NCBI GenBank assembly: GCA_051294375.1
Contig: CM119267.1
Span: 15,354,105 to 15,418,104 of the forward strand
DNA: 64,000 nt
Origin: Paraspadella gotoi
Lineage: Eukaryota > Animalia > Chaetognatha
Direction: 5' to 3'
Numbering within the stretch: position 1 is the stretch's first letter; every line of letters starts with the position of its first letter. Shown here one piece after another: positions 32,101 through 49,100 of the stretch. Both the position numbers and the translations under genes were made by a program. Below the pieces are notes generated by a model. It searched no databases. It was not told where the DNA came from and saw nothing but the letters and a program-made list of their open reading frames with translations.

Positions 32101-33222
32101 CTAAATTTTTTTACCGCCATTGAAAGAAGAACGGCGCGACATCCGCGGCGACGATTTTCGCGTAGATTGCGATGATAGGAAATCTTCGGGCAATTTGTAT
32201 AATTTTATGACAACATTCTTATAGTTTACCGCCGCCAATCGTCGGTGATTCATATCTCTATCTGTGCTATAAGGAGTGGAATTTATCTTCTTCAATTGAA
32301 CTAATGGTTGAAACCGGAGGTGATGAGCAGTGGCGGCGGTCAAGGTCGAGTGGGCGCCTACTTTGCCGGCTCGACGACTCTCCATTTCTCTCCTCTCTTC
32401 TTCGGTCAACTCGACGGTCGCCACGCAAGACTCGATATCGAATGCGCCATCGTCTGCGTCTCCGTCGACGAAAAGGTCGTCCATAACAAATGCTAGGGAA
32501 TCGACGACCGACTTTTTAGCTTTTTTGACTTCGTCCGAGCCGATGTGTCGACGAAGAAGGACGCGGGGCAGGCAAACATGAAACTTAACGTGACGTAAAA
32601 GGTCGGATTCGTTGGTGGAGTCAAAAGCGCAGGAAGGATGTTGACACGAGAAAAGGCGAGGCGAAAGCGGAGAATTGAAATTGGTGACAGGGAGATCAGA
32701 GTTCCGTTTTGGTCTCTTTATACGAGGAGTCGTCAGTTCACTCGCTGGATAGGATTCTACTTTTGAAGACCGCGCAATCTTTAATGAAGATGCTCGGTTC
32801 GACCTTTTTTTACTGAGCCCTAAATTCGAGGATTTTTCGGCGTCGCTTGAAATTTTTTCAAATGAGAGTCCGTTTTCGTTATTGTCGTTCGGGGTTTTGA
32901 TAAGGTTCTTGTCAATCGATCCACGTTTTCGTTTCCGTTCCCCCCTTTTAAAGTCATTCAGTTGAGATAACTCATCTAAATCAGAGTCTTTTAATGTTTT
33001 ATTGCAAGATGAAGATGATCGCCGACTCCTTCGAGCACCTTTCGTCTCTTTCGACGATTCCGAAGCCAACCCCGCGGTCAATGCCGACTTTCTCGGCGAC
33101 TTAACGCAGTTGTCGTTTTTATCCTTCAACAACTTAGACTTTATCGATCTACCTCCTCTCGATACTTTTATCGGTCGATGAGCGGGACTGGGAGCCCCGC
33201 CGCCCCAAGAGGATCGCTTCAT
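32101..33222 (-). CDS. Basic Ser/Lys/Arg-rich nuclear protein (373 aa) with one C2H2 finger and PxVxL motifs; possibly an alternative terminal exon of the MSK kinase
   Basis: Long ORF with CQHPSCAFDSTNESDLLRHVKFH, PRVLL and PLVQL; strong acceptor ttcttcttgcag 5 nt before the ATG. Confidence 0.75.
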   Translation of the reverse strand: MKRSSWGGGAPSPAHRPIKVSRGGRSIKSKLLKDKNDNCVKSPRKSALTAGLASESSKETKGARRSRRSSSSCNKTLKDSDLDELSQLNDFKRGERKRKRGSIDKNLIKTPNDNNENGLSFEKISSDAEKSSNLGLSKKRSNRASSLKIARSSKVESYPASELTTPRIKRPKRNSDLPVTNFNSPLSPRLFSCQHPSCAFDSTNESDLLRHVKFHVCLPRVLLRRHIGSDEVKKAKKSVVDSLAFVMDDLFVDGDADDGAFDIESCVATVELTEEERREMESRRAGKVGAHSTLTAATAHHLRFQPLVQLKKINSTPYSTDRDMNHRRLAAVNYKNVVIKLYKLPEDFLSSQSTRKSSPRMSRRSSFNGGKKI

Positions 33223-33806
33223 TTTATCTGCAAGAAGAAATTATCGTTCGCGATTACAGAGGAAAAAATGAGAGCCTAAATTAAAGATAATTTTAGTCTT
33301 CATAAAAGAATGAATAACAATGATGACAAATAGTCAACTTTTAACCTTTCATAATAAGCCGAATTGAGCTTTATACCTCTGAGTATTTAAAGTAAGAAAG
33401 TAAACATTAAAAAATCTTTTAGAATTCGTGAATTCGTAAATTCGCATTGGCTAACGTAATAACCAATTATGCATATAAATCGTGATCAATGTAAGATGAC
33501 TAGAACAGCTTTTTGAAAAAAAAAAATATTGGAATAGCGTGTAAAAATATGAATATAGAGTCTACGTAATCATAAATAAAGTAACCGAAAATAAAGGCAA
33601 CAATTGGGAAGACGATCCATGGGAAAAGCAATGAAAAAAAAATGATTAGACGTCGCTGATGGTGATAAACGTTCGATAATTTGTTTTGTCTAGCACGGGG
33701 TGGATTAGATTCAGAGGGAGAAATCGGTTTGATTCAAAAATTTAACGAGGGTGACAAAAATCTTTCATCATCCGCGATCCGCGAAGCAAAAGACTCAAAA
33801 CCTGAA

Positions 33807-38845
<5,039 letters not shown>

Positions 38846-39047
38846 TTGTCCCCAGGGCTTTTTTTTTTCGGCAACAACGGATGTACCGAATCCGGTATTT
38901 TTTACCCTCAGTTTTTATGGGCCAAACATTTCGGGGAAAAAATATAAGTCAATATCTAGAAATATAACAAAATCTTAGTCACGGAATTCTTTCATATTTC
39001 AAAACGGTGAATTACAAAAGAAAAAAAAAGACAAAGCAACTCCACCA

Positions 39048-39392
39048 TCAGCGTTTTTGTATATATTTCAATTGTTTCTTTTTCATTCGTTTGATTTTGG
39101 TTGTGTCCTTGATGGGAACGACGACTTCGCCCTTCTTCTCGTTCTCTTTCTTCTTCTCCCGTTTCTCCTTTTCCCTCTTTTTCAAAAGTTCCATCTTAGT
39201 CTTTTTCTGCTCTTTCAGTTCTTTCTCCAGTTGCTTGGTCAGTTTTTTCTCCTGCCTTTCTTTAACTTTAATGTCCCAGCTTTTCTTCCCACCCTTGTCT
39301 TTTTTCACGGCCGTGAAACGTTGTTTTTGTGTTGTTTTCCAAAAGCGACCGGATTTGGCCTTTCCACGAATGTCATCTGGATTCGCCTCCAT
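39048..39392 (-). CDS. CCDC86: CCDC86 / Cgr1-family nucleolar protein (114 aa, intronless)
   Basis: RGKAKSGRFWK...SW...KKENEKKGEVVVPIKDTTKIKRMKKKQLKYIQKR matches the Cgr1 domain. Confidence 0.9.
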   Translation of the reverse strand: MEANPDDIRGKAKSGRFWKTTQKQRFTAVKKDKGGKKSWDIKVKERQEKKLTKQLEKELKEQKKTKMELLKKREKEKREKKKENEKKGEVVVPIKDTTKIKRMKKKQLKYIQKR

Positions 39393-39465
39393 TTTTAAAA
39401 AGTATTTTTACTAAAAAGTAACAAATCAACAAGTGTCAACAAAAAACTAAAACAAATTACGCTTT

Positions 39466-41915
39466 TCATTCCGTCACAAAAGTGTGAAGATTTTTCGAGC
39501 TGTTCGCTTGAATCATCGTCGGCGTTTTGGCGCCCCCGACGATCGAGGAAACGCGTAAAGCGTCGAAATGCGAGTAGAGCGTCGAAACGCTGAAGTTGAC
39601 GCCGCGTTCCTTCATCTTAGAAGCGGACATGAAATTGATCAACTCGTTGTAAAAGCGGGGGTTCAGCGGCGGTTGGTAAAAGACCAAATGTCTGATGCCT
39701 CTCAAGAAGATCCGATGGTAAAAGTGAAATCTCTCGGTGTACAGCAAGAAGTGATCCGTCTTGTGGGAAAATCTGTTTCGACTCCGCGACACGTTCTCCG
39801 GTTTGGAATATTCGCAGATCTGAGCGAAGGACAATTCCTCGTCACGAAAGTAATTCCGCAAACGAACGAAATCAAAGTAGGACGGGACGAAGACGAGCGT
39901 CTGCGCCATCAACGGATCGCGCAATTTTGGCATGAGTCTCTCGACGAAGTACTGGAAACGCGCCTCGGCCTGATCCGAAAATCGAGCGCAGGTGAAGCGG
40001 TAAAACTTTTGCGGAACTTGAACTAGAACTCCGTGAATGGATCCCAGTTCGTGGAGGGATTGAAAGAAGAGTTTTCCTCGGTAGTTTAGACAACATTTGT
40101 TGATGATCGACGAGACCTCCATGGTCGGAGATCGACCGAAAATGAGACTTTGTCTGTAGATTTTAGCCAAGCCGTTGAGTGACCAGTTTCTTACTCTATT
40201 TATGGAAGAAGAAAAATTATGAAAATCGGAGAATAGAAAATGGGGAAGAAAACTACGATAAAAACCAACCTGGAATAATCGCATCCATGATCTACTTTTG
40301 GTTGAAGATGCAAATGGCGAAAGAGAACGTCGATGTGATCCCAATTTTGCATGTGAAAGACGTCCGTCTGATCGAGAATGAGGATCTCGATGGAGGAGAG
40401 AAAGTCGTAGTCGGACTTTACGTCGCCCTCACCGCCAATAGACGTCCTTAACCCTAAATTTTTAAATAGTTTTCAGCTAGGTAACGGTTTTTTATTTAAC
40501 AAAAACATCTTAAAAATAAAGAAAAACCTAAAGGTGAAGCGATGATAATGTCACTGGCATACAGCGGCGCGTAAAGCTTCATCGAAGCTCGAGAGACGGA
40601 GATGCCGATTTTGAAATTGTCGTCCGTATTTCCGGAAAACGTGCGAGAAAAATCTTCGTTGCTCTTCAAAGGAGGAAACGAGTAAAAGAGAAAGAGTCAC
40701 TATAAAGACTACGAACGTACAATGTGAGAAGATAGTAAAAAGAGACTCACGTGTTTTTCCTGTTCTTCTCGCGGACCGTAATCGACGAGAAACTTGGCTT
40801 TACGGCTGACAGTCTCTTGCGCCGGTTTCGCGATGAAAACGTCGATCATCATGTTGACAATCTTAAGCGCGGAATCTCGGAAGGGCACCACGATGAGAAC
40901 TTTGGGACGAACGAAGCCGCAATCTCGGAGTTCTAACGAGCCAGCGTCGAACTTGGGATCCGCTTCAATCTTTGCTGTTTTTGAATTATTTAATTGATTA
41001 ATTTATTGATATCTATTAATGTCCAATGGTTCTTAAAAAATACGAGCTTATACCTTTAATCTTGGCATTGTTCCTCAGGACCCGCCTGTTAGATTTCATC
41101 ACGTGACCAAGAGCATGAATCGCGTAAACGAATCGAATCTCTTCCCCGTTATCAAGGTCGCGACCGCAAAAAGCGACGTCACGGTATTGCAGGCAGAGCG
41201 TGAGCAACTCGCGCTGCAACTCCGACAATCCCGTATTCGTTTTCCTGGATTCCTCATCGCTGGTAGTCACTCGCTTCGCAGCTGTCGGCAGCAACTCACC
41301 GATTCGTTGAGGAAGACGGGCAAGTAGTTTATCTTCGCTCTCCGTCGGAGCAAATTTTTCAGGAAATGACGGGTGACCGTACACCACAGCTTTGCCCAGT
41401 TTGGGAAAAAACATGGAAGTTTTTTCTAAGCTTGACGCTTGTTTGAAGGAATCGGCGAGAGAATCTTCGAGGTCCGTTTGGAAAAAAGTCACGAATCTAT
41501 CGGAGGAGTCGTTGTCTTCGTTTTCCTCGAAAACGTCGACTTCGTCGCCTCCGATTTTGTCCACCAACTCTTCTGAATCGTCCGGTTGATTTTCATCGTC
41601 GCTTTCAGGCTTTTCGATGGAGCATTCCTCAATTCCCTCGTCCCCATCGTCCTCTTCGATATCTTCTTCATTCCGCGTCCCTTCAAGAACGCCCAACAGA
41701 GCGTCATAAGCTTTTTCTTCCTCTTCCTCAGAGTCGGAGAAGGCGTTCTGCTCTTCCGTTTCGGCTTCGGCGATTTTTCTTCGTTTCGCTTCGTCTTCGG
41801 CCATCGACGCCAAACGCAAATGGTCTAGTTTCCTCTTTCGCTTTCCCTTGTTTCCGCCTCTTCCCCTTCCTCGTCCTCTATGTCCTCCGCGACTCGAAAA
41901 ACCTCGATGAGGCAT
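39466..41915 (-). CDS. UTP25: U3 snoRNA-associated protein 25 (DIEXF/Def), multi-exon
   Basis: [88 protein letters not shown]. Confidence 0.93.
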
Positions 41916-42161
41916 ATTTACAATGTCTAAAAATGAAAAAAAATCATTAAAAATCATGGTAAAAAGTTAAAGAATAAAAATAGCCCATAAATCAACAACC
42001 AATTAGAAATGGAGAACATGAAATAAGTTTATTGCATTACATTAAAATGTACATAATTAAATATATCGAAACTTACATAAAAATAGAGCATAAGTCAAAG
42101 GAGATTCATGAATAATTTTGGAGATAAATTTAGACTAATTACACCAAATACGAGAGATTCT

Positions 42162-42352
42162 TGTTCCCAAATACAATAAATGCTCCGTATTTTCGGCCAC
42201 AAGCAAACCAAGAACAATTTTTCAACAATTTTCAACGATATGGATCATAAAAAGTTTTTAAAAACCTTATCAATCCAACCAAACGAAAGCACTTAAAAGC
42301 GAACATCAGAATCCTGGTTAAGATATTCGGAGCGTATTCAAATTTGGGAACA
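42162..42352. mobile_element. Possible decayed MITE between MED16 and UTP25
   Basis: Imperfect inverted ends tgttcccaaat...gctccg / cggagc...atttgggaaca; no TSD seen. Confidence 0.4.
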
Positions 42353-42756
42353 GCACGCGAAAACGTAAAACCCGACGTCGACGGTCAGAGGTGCCAAGCC
42401 GAATCCAGAATCGCAACCCGTTATCAAAACGGCCTTGTTTTCAGAGGAGATATATTTACGAAAATATGATTAAAAAATTTTCCGGACGATGGCGATGATG
42501 ATCACCGTTGTTGAAATCGTAATTAGATACATTTTGAGTTATTTCTAAAAAAAGTAATCAGAACAAAAATGTGAAACAATATTGAGAAAGATTGTTAAAT
42601 TTATCTCTATTTTCTTTTTCTTTTTTGATCAAGTTTATTGTTTTTGCAACCATTCCCGCAATTATTTGTTTGCTCTGTTTTCTTTCAGAAAAAAAAAATG
42701 ATTAACTTACGGTTGTTAAAGCAACTCTGTTCCTGAGATTCTTTGTCATAAAAAAG

Positions 42757-45396
42757 CTACGAACGAGCGGCTTTGCGAGCGTTAAGAGTCAACCTTTTCA
42801 CAACTTTGTTCGAGTGAAACACCCACAATCCGCCGCAAAAACATTGTTTGAACCAACGTTGTTCCCAGGCGCGAATGGGCAGAGTTTTCTCCTTCCCGCC
42901 GACAGAGAGCACCATGGCCGTTTGGCAGCCGCAGCGAGAACACCTCTTACAGGATTCATAAGGAGAAACGCCCATTTGCGTATTATGCAACATGTCTCGC
43001 TGCTGATTCGAGGAATTAACGTGAGATGCGGACCATTTTTCCCACGTGGAGTACGATGCGTCCGGAACTCCCCCAACAGTCAGACCCGTCGAAGGGTCTT
43101 GATGAAAAGTGTAATGAAACGGAGAAGCGGAGGATCCCGTTGGTAGTTGTGATGGGGAGAGCGAATTCCTGGCCAGCGGTAAGAGCTGATCCATGGAAGA
43201 AACGACCAGCTGGTTCTGCAGCATAGAACATTCTTCCAGCAAGGTTTCGTCGAAAGGAGAGCCTTCCTTCACGGCTATCCAAGCTCTGGTCACGAGCTTA
43301 AAAAGAAGCGCGTTAGCATCCGGAATGGGCGTGGTCGTGGTAAAGACGGGCAACGAAGACGGTTCCATAATTCCCCAGCTGTAAATAAGAAGCAATAGTT
43401 GTCGCAAAACGGAAAGCACGTTACAGTCTCTGACGAGTGAAACGGCGACTGTTGTGGTGGCCGCCGGGTGCCCCCCCGAATGCTGCTGCTGCTGACTCAG
43501 TGGAAGAGAGGCCATCAATAAGAGGGCGAATTCGCCGATCCACTGTAGCAAATGCTGAAGCGACATTATCGCTTGGGGATCAACGACAAACTCTTTGTTA
43601 TCTAAATCGACGAGAATCTTCTTCACGTCCGTTTCAGTTAAGGAAGCACAAGCGAGGGCCAGGTTCTCCGCCGGACTTTTATCCTGTCTCGAACGCAACA
43701 ACGCCTTAAGCATGGTCGCCAAGGAGGTAAAGAACATCTTCAAATAGGCGTCGGTAGCCTTGGCTTGTCCCGTCGACGAGCTAGATCCGCGGTAGAGACA
43801 CTCTTTGAGAAGTAAAACCTTCGACTGCAGCGGCGAGGAAGGCGGTACCAGAGACCTCGCGTATAAAAAGGTGGAGACGTTCTCGAGAATGCTTTCGATG
43901 AGGCCGGGACGAACGAGCAAGGCAACCTCCCAAAAGTCCATGCCTGACGAGAGACAATAAGCGAAAAGCGACGATAGCCAATATGCGTGCGAAAAAGTAA
44001 TTTCCTTGAGAGGTAAAGAGCGCAAAACGTATAAACTGCCCATCGCATCAATGACGCAAAAAAAGCAACCCAGATGAGATTGGATGGCATCAACGAAGCG
44101 AAATCGCTCCGATGTCCCCTCCTCCAGCTTTATTCGTTTTACGGAGTCGCCCTCGGCAAATTTCGGCGACGGAGGAATTGACAAGGTCGTCGATCGAAGG
44201 CACTTGGCCTGACGCCAATCAACTTGACGCATGGTGCCGTCGCCGAAAATGAGTCCAATTGTAGGTGTTGGAGAGCATTCTGGAAGATCGCCGGGTGACA
44301 ATGAAAACTTTGACGCGTGCGATGTCGCAATGGCCTTGAGATCGCCCATGAGCGACAGTTTTTGAGACATGCGCCAAACTGATATTGTAGGGGGCATGTT
44401 CATTTTCGCGAAAGAATGGAAAACTCTGTGTATTTGATTACGAATTTGAACGATTTCCCAAAACTCCAAGCGGGTGACGATGCCATTGGGATCGGATCGA
44501 TTGGGAAAAGACTCGACGGCATCGGGATATGCCCTCCCCTTTAACGCGACTAAGAGGGAATGGGGGGAGGGAGCGTTCAGGTCCTCGTCTAGGAATTTGA
44601 GCCGTATAATAGAGCATTCTTTCAATAAAACTTTCGCGCGAGTGAAAAAAGAAGGCATTGGCTTGCAGAGGAGACCGAGAGTTTGCATTTGATTCTTGGC
44701 CTCGAGGCGGAGAGTTATACGAAAACAGTTAATAGGCCTATCAGGATTTCCGTCCGACGTCGCCATCACCAATCCACCGTCTTGGGCAAAAGCTAATGTC
44801 GCCAGTCCTACGCGGAATCGATCCTTGGGTAATATTGGCTCTAGGGCCTCGTAAAACTCGGGCGGCGAACTCCCGGATTTTTCGACGAAGGCCTTGACGA
44901 GCCCTGTGGAAGTGACGACCACGAAGCCATCGTGGTGGCCGCCACCAAAAGAAGTCAAGGTCGGTGCGAAGGGCGAGATGAGAGGGCGGCGATCTTCGCC
45001 GGGGCGAAATGCCATTTTTGAACCTTGGTGAAACCACTTTGCGGTGACGACGCGTTCGCCCCTGAGCGACGAAGAGTGCACGTTCGTCCATTGATTGAGG
45101 AGCGACTGACTCATCTCCATAACGCGAATGTCCCCGTTCCGGGCACAGATGAGGAGCCGTTCGCCGGCGCGGTCCCACTCGACCACGTCGATCGCCTCGA
45201 GGAGAGTCGTTACCGTCCATGGCTCCCAAGGACGATCGAGGTCGACGACGAAGACGGTGCGTCGAGGTCCTTCCGATCGGATGAAGGCGAGGATATTGTG
45301 TCTCGACAGAGATATTCGTCCCTCATTAACGTCTTCGTCCTCGTAGGGTCGGGACTCTCGCTGATGCTTCAGCGAAACGGAGTATAACATATCCAT
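42757..45396 (-). CDS. MED16: Mediator subunit 16 (879 aa, intronless)
   Basis: N-terminus MDMLYSV...SRHNILAF...DLDRPWE, then EWDRAGERLL, LQHLLQWIGEFALLL, and C-terminal CKRCSRC...WEQRWFKQCFCGGLW. Confidence 0.92.
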   Translation of the reverse strand: MDMLYSVSLKHQRESRPYEDEDVNEGRISLSRHNILAFIRSEGPRRTVFVVDLDRPWEPWTVTTLLEAIDVVEWDRAGERLLICARNGDIRVMEMSQSLLNQWTNVHSSSLRGERVVTAKWFHQGSKMAFRPGEDRRPLISPFAPTLTSFGGGHHDGFVVVTSTGLVKAFVEKSGSSPPEFYEALEPILPKDRFRVGLATLAFAQDGGLVMATSDGNPDRPINCFRITLRLEAKNQMQTLGLLCKPMPSFFTRAKVLLKECSIIRLKFLDEDLNAPSPHSLLVALKGRAYPDAVESFPNRSDPNGIVTRLEFWEIVQIRNQIHRVFHSFAKMNMPPTISVWRMSQKLSLMGDLKAIATSHASKFSLSPGDLPECSPTPTIGLIFGDGTMRQVDWRQAKCLRSTTLSIPPSPKFAEGDSVKRIKLEEGTSERFRFVDAIQSHLGCFFCVIDAMGSLYVLRSLPLKEITFSHAYWLSSLFAYCLSSGMDFWEVALLVRPGLIESILENVSTFLYARSLVPPSSPLQSKVLLLKECLYRGSSSSTGQAKATDAYLKMFFTSLATMLKALLRSRQDKSPAENLALACASLTETDVKKILVDLDNKEFVVDPQAIMSLQHLLQWIGEFALLLMASLPLSQQQQHSGGHPAATTTVAVSLVRDCNVLSVLRQLLLLIYSWGIMEPSSLPVFTTTTPIPDANALLFKLVTRAWIAVKEGSPFDETLLEECSMLQNQLVVSSMDQLLPLARNSLSPSQLPTGSSASPFHYTFHQDPSTGLTVGGVPDASYSTWEKWSASHVNSSNQQRDMLHNTQMGVSPYESCKRCSRCGCQTAMVLSVGGKEKTLPIRAWEQRWFKQCFCGGLWVFHSNKVVKRLTLNARKAARS

Positions 45397-45543
45397 CTAA
45401 TTAGGCATCAATGCATTGAAATACGTATAGAATAAGACAAGTTACCGTAAAATAATAATTATGACGTACTGTATTAAATAAATTATATAAAGATTATCGT
45501 GAGATGGGTCATGACATGATGGCATTAATTGGAAAACTGGGTT

Positions 45544-46071
45544 TTAAACTTCTTCCAATTCTGTCAAAACTCCATTGCAGTCTTTCGGATGCAAAAACAC
45601 AACGTTGTTGCCGTGAGCCCCGATTTTGGGTTTATCGGAGAGAAGTCTTATTTTTTTTTGTTTCAAGTCTTCCATGGCTTTTTCGATGTTGTCGACCTCG
45701 ATACAAACGTGATGCATCCCGCCAGATTTATTTTTCTCCAAAAAGTTGGCCACGGGACTGTTTTCTCCCAATGGGCGAAGAAGTTCCAACTTGGTGTTGC
45801 CCAAATTTACAAAGACAACGGTAACGCCGTGCTCGGGCAAGTCCTGCGGATCGCTGACGTGGGCACCCAAAACGTTTCGATACATGGAAGCCGCCTTTTC
45901 CAAGTCCGGAACAACGATGGCTACGTGATTTAAAGGTCCTAACTTCCATGCGGAGTTTTCTAGTTTGGCCGGAGAGACGGCGAGAGCTCTCGTAGGAACA
46001 AAAGAGCCAGAAATGACCCTCCGCACCGAAACAAAAGAAAATCGTGAAAGTCCGTTTCTCAAAACACTCAT
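45544..46071 (-). CDS. MCEE: Mitochondrial methylmalonyl-CoA epimerase (175 aa, intronless)
   Basis: Transit-peptide-like N-terminus; WKLGPLNHVAIVVPDL, EHGVTVVFVNLGNTKLELL, GGMHHVCIEV, IGAHGNNVVFLHPKDCNGVLTELEE. Confidence 0.97.
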   Translation of the reverse strand: MSVLRNGLSRFSFVSVRRVISGSFVPTRALAVSPAKLENSAWKLGPLNHVAIVVPDLEKAASMYRNVLGAHVSDPQDLPEHGVTVVFVNLGNTKLELLRPLGENSPVANFLEKNKSGGMHHVCIEVDNIEKAMEDLKQKKIRLLSDKPKIGAHGNNVVFLHPKDCNGVLTELEEV

Positions 46072-46180
46072 TGTCTTGGTACAAAATTAAGATGCCTATG
46101 AAAAAAACTGAATGCGACAAAAAAAAATTATTATTTGAATTGGAAACGAGGAAAAAAATAAACATTGACAAAGAAACGGA

Positions 46181-49100
46181 TCATTTTTTCAAATCGCCGG
46201 CTTGACTTTTGCCGCCACTTAAAGTGACGTAGGCTGCCCCGGATCTCCGCTGTTTCTCTACCAACTTTTTCATCGTTCCAAGGGGTGTGTCTCCGGACGC
46301 CATTTTCTTGATAGATTCCATCTAAGATAAAGGAAATACATTACGTAAATGTAAGTTAAACAACACGCATAAACAGGTTCGTAACTTACTTCCAGTAGTT
46401 TTTTGACTCTTTTTTCCGTTTTCATCTTGCCCGAACCTTTCCCGTGAAACCGATGGCTGAGAAATCTAAACGCTTCTTTAGCGTTCATTGGATTCCCGTA
46501 GTCGTCCACATATTCCAATTTTACGTCTGGTTTGTATCCTAGTGACGAAAACGTAAGATTTATAAAAACAATTTTAAATGGCAGAACTTCCGAAAAAACG
46601 ACCTACCCTCTTTCTCGTTGAATTTGGAAGTGGGGCCGGAGTAGCGGTCCTCCCGGCGGTTGGAGTATTTGTCGTCAATGTCCCTCATATTCTTGTCCTC
46701 TATAGAATAATTTTGAGAGGACAAATCCTCGCGAAGTCGATTCCCCGTCATAGCCGCTTTTTTGTTTTCTTCCTTGACAACGTAACCTACCGGTAAATAA
46801 TAAAGATATACATTAAAAATCCCCCACAAATAGGAAGGAAAATTATAATTTGGTTTCCTCCGTCGACCTTTTTTCATAGCTAAGTGCAAAGCGCCAGATA
46901 TTCCTTTGTCCGCCGAGGGCTCTTCATCCATGAAGGCCATTTCTCGCTCGTCGGCGGCGTTTTTCGCTCCACTGGTTTCATCGTCGTCTTCGTCGTCGTC
47001 GTCGACTTCGTTCCAAGTTCCCAAACCTCGTCCGCCGTAAACTAAATTAAATAAAAGGTCGGTTACTACGTCGCAATTCTTTGGAACCAAGAAATATCCC
47101 GACACCTTCCTCACCGGTGGACACTCCCGTCATCGTCCCATCTTCCGTCTTGGGTTCCGTCTCTTCTCTTTCAAAGTCCATTAAATCTTCCTCGTCCGAG
47201 TCTCGATTCCCAGATTGTCCGTAGGTCGGCAATTCTCCCAGTACTCGACAGAATTCCGAGGTGGCGTTAAAAAGTACCTCGCCTTTTTGACGAACGATTT
47301 CGCCGCTGGCGCCTTCGCCAGATTCGGCGCTGACCTCACGCTTTCGATCTATGGCTGCTTTGAGACTCTCTGTGGCGCGCAGCTTCTCCGCTACTTTGGA
47401 GTCGACGGGTTTAACGTCACCGTCCCGTTTACTCGTCGTTTTCTTGAGCCGCCGCGCTTTAGTCAACGCGCGCTCGAAATCCTTAGTGTCCTCGTCAAAG
47501 TCGACCGCTTGGCCGTCGAGATTGACTTCCGGCCCCTCGATCGTCGTCCAGCCGCCGAGATCGTCGGGATCAATGTCCATGTCGTCGCCACCCTCGTCGA
47601 TCTTCTTTCCCTCCGCCGGTTCAGCCTCTTCCCGACCCCGCCTCCTATTCCCTAAATCCTTTTTCCCAGAATCCCCGACTTCGCCACCGAGCGCCGTCAG
47701 GTCGTCGGCCGTCAAGACGCCGCTGCCGCGCGCTCGGACCTTCTTGACTCGTCGCTTCTTCTTCTTGAAAGTCATCTCTTCCTTGGAGAGGTACTCCGTG
47801 GCGAGAATTGGCGCCACGCCGGCGAGCGACTGGGCTTGAGAGGATATTTGGCGACGCATCTCTGCCATCCGAGCCTCGTAAGACGCGTCGTAGCTGCCGC
47901 CGCGGCCGAGTTGAAAACTCTCCCGCTTCTCGCCCTCGATCTCTTCGTTGTATTTGCCGAGGAGCTGTTTGGGCTTGAACTGGCCGAACTCGTCGACCTC
48001 GTCGTCGTCGTAGGCTTTGTAGCCGCCGGCGCCGGCTTTTTTGTTCTGAAGGTTTTTCTTGGTCCTCTCATCCTCGGCGATGTTCACGTTCGTCAAAACG
48101 TCGCCTGAGGAAGGGATAAATGGATTCGAGATTGTCAAGACCCAATTCTGAACGCTCGTGTAAATTATAACGCATATCAAAACGACACAAACCTTCTTCG
48201 TTGCCCAAAATAGGCGCGTCCTTTAGCGTCAAGATGATGGATTTCTCTTCGGAAAACTCAGCTTGATCGTGTTCCACTTTGAGGCCCGTCAAGTCGGACG
48301 AAGTGTAGTTTTTCCCTAAGAAGAAGAAAGCAAAATATATAAATCCGCGCTACCACCAGAACACAACTTGCCTCTTTCATGTCCTGCTACGACTCACCCA
48401 TGAGGCTCCCTCCCGTCTTCTGTTTTTCCTCCTCGACGATCCGACCGACCCCAAACTCGTCGTCCATCTCATCCAGCATCTTGGCCCGGTCGGCCGCCAG
48501 TTTCTTTTCTCGTTCCACAGTGCGACTCTTTTTGATCCAATTGGAGATGTCGTCCTCAGAGTCCGATTCGGCCAGGCCTTTGATTTTGTGGAGCTTTTGA
48601 TTGGCCTTTCTGAAAGGGAAAGAAATAGCATAAAATTATGATAATTAATATTAACAATGTATGTAATTAACATCCTAGTTAATACAATTTTATAACATTA
48701 TTATTATTATTATTATTATTATATTATTATAAATCTTCCTCAAAAAACCAACAAAAAGTGACTTTTTAACAGGAATCTAACCTTTTTTCCTTGATAAGGC
48801 TCAACTTTTCCTTGATCTTTTCCTGTTCCTTCTTCTTCCCTATGTTTTCGGCGGGAACATGAATGTCTTCCTGGAGTCCGCCGCTCTGAGCCTCGTCCGT
48901 CTTCTTGGGTCCCGTCTCGAGAGGCTTGAGTCCCAATTTGGCACGAATCCTGTTTGTTTCCTCGATGCTGAGGCTCGTCGCTTCGGCGGCGCCGCCAACG
49001 CCATCCTCGCTGCCTCTAGATTTATCAGCCAGCGGTGATTTTTCCCGCCGCACGACCACGGCTTGATCCTCTTCCTCTTCCTCGGCGCCAAGAGGCGAAA

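Noticed and set aside
31354-32115. Cis-splice fusion of the 373-aa ORF (donor GGCG|gtaaaa) to the C2H2-NRF1-like ORF
   Set aside because: The phase-compatible acceptor brings in an in-frame TAG before the ATG
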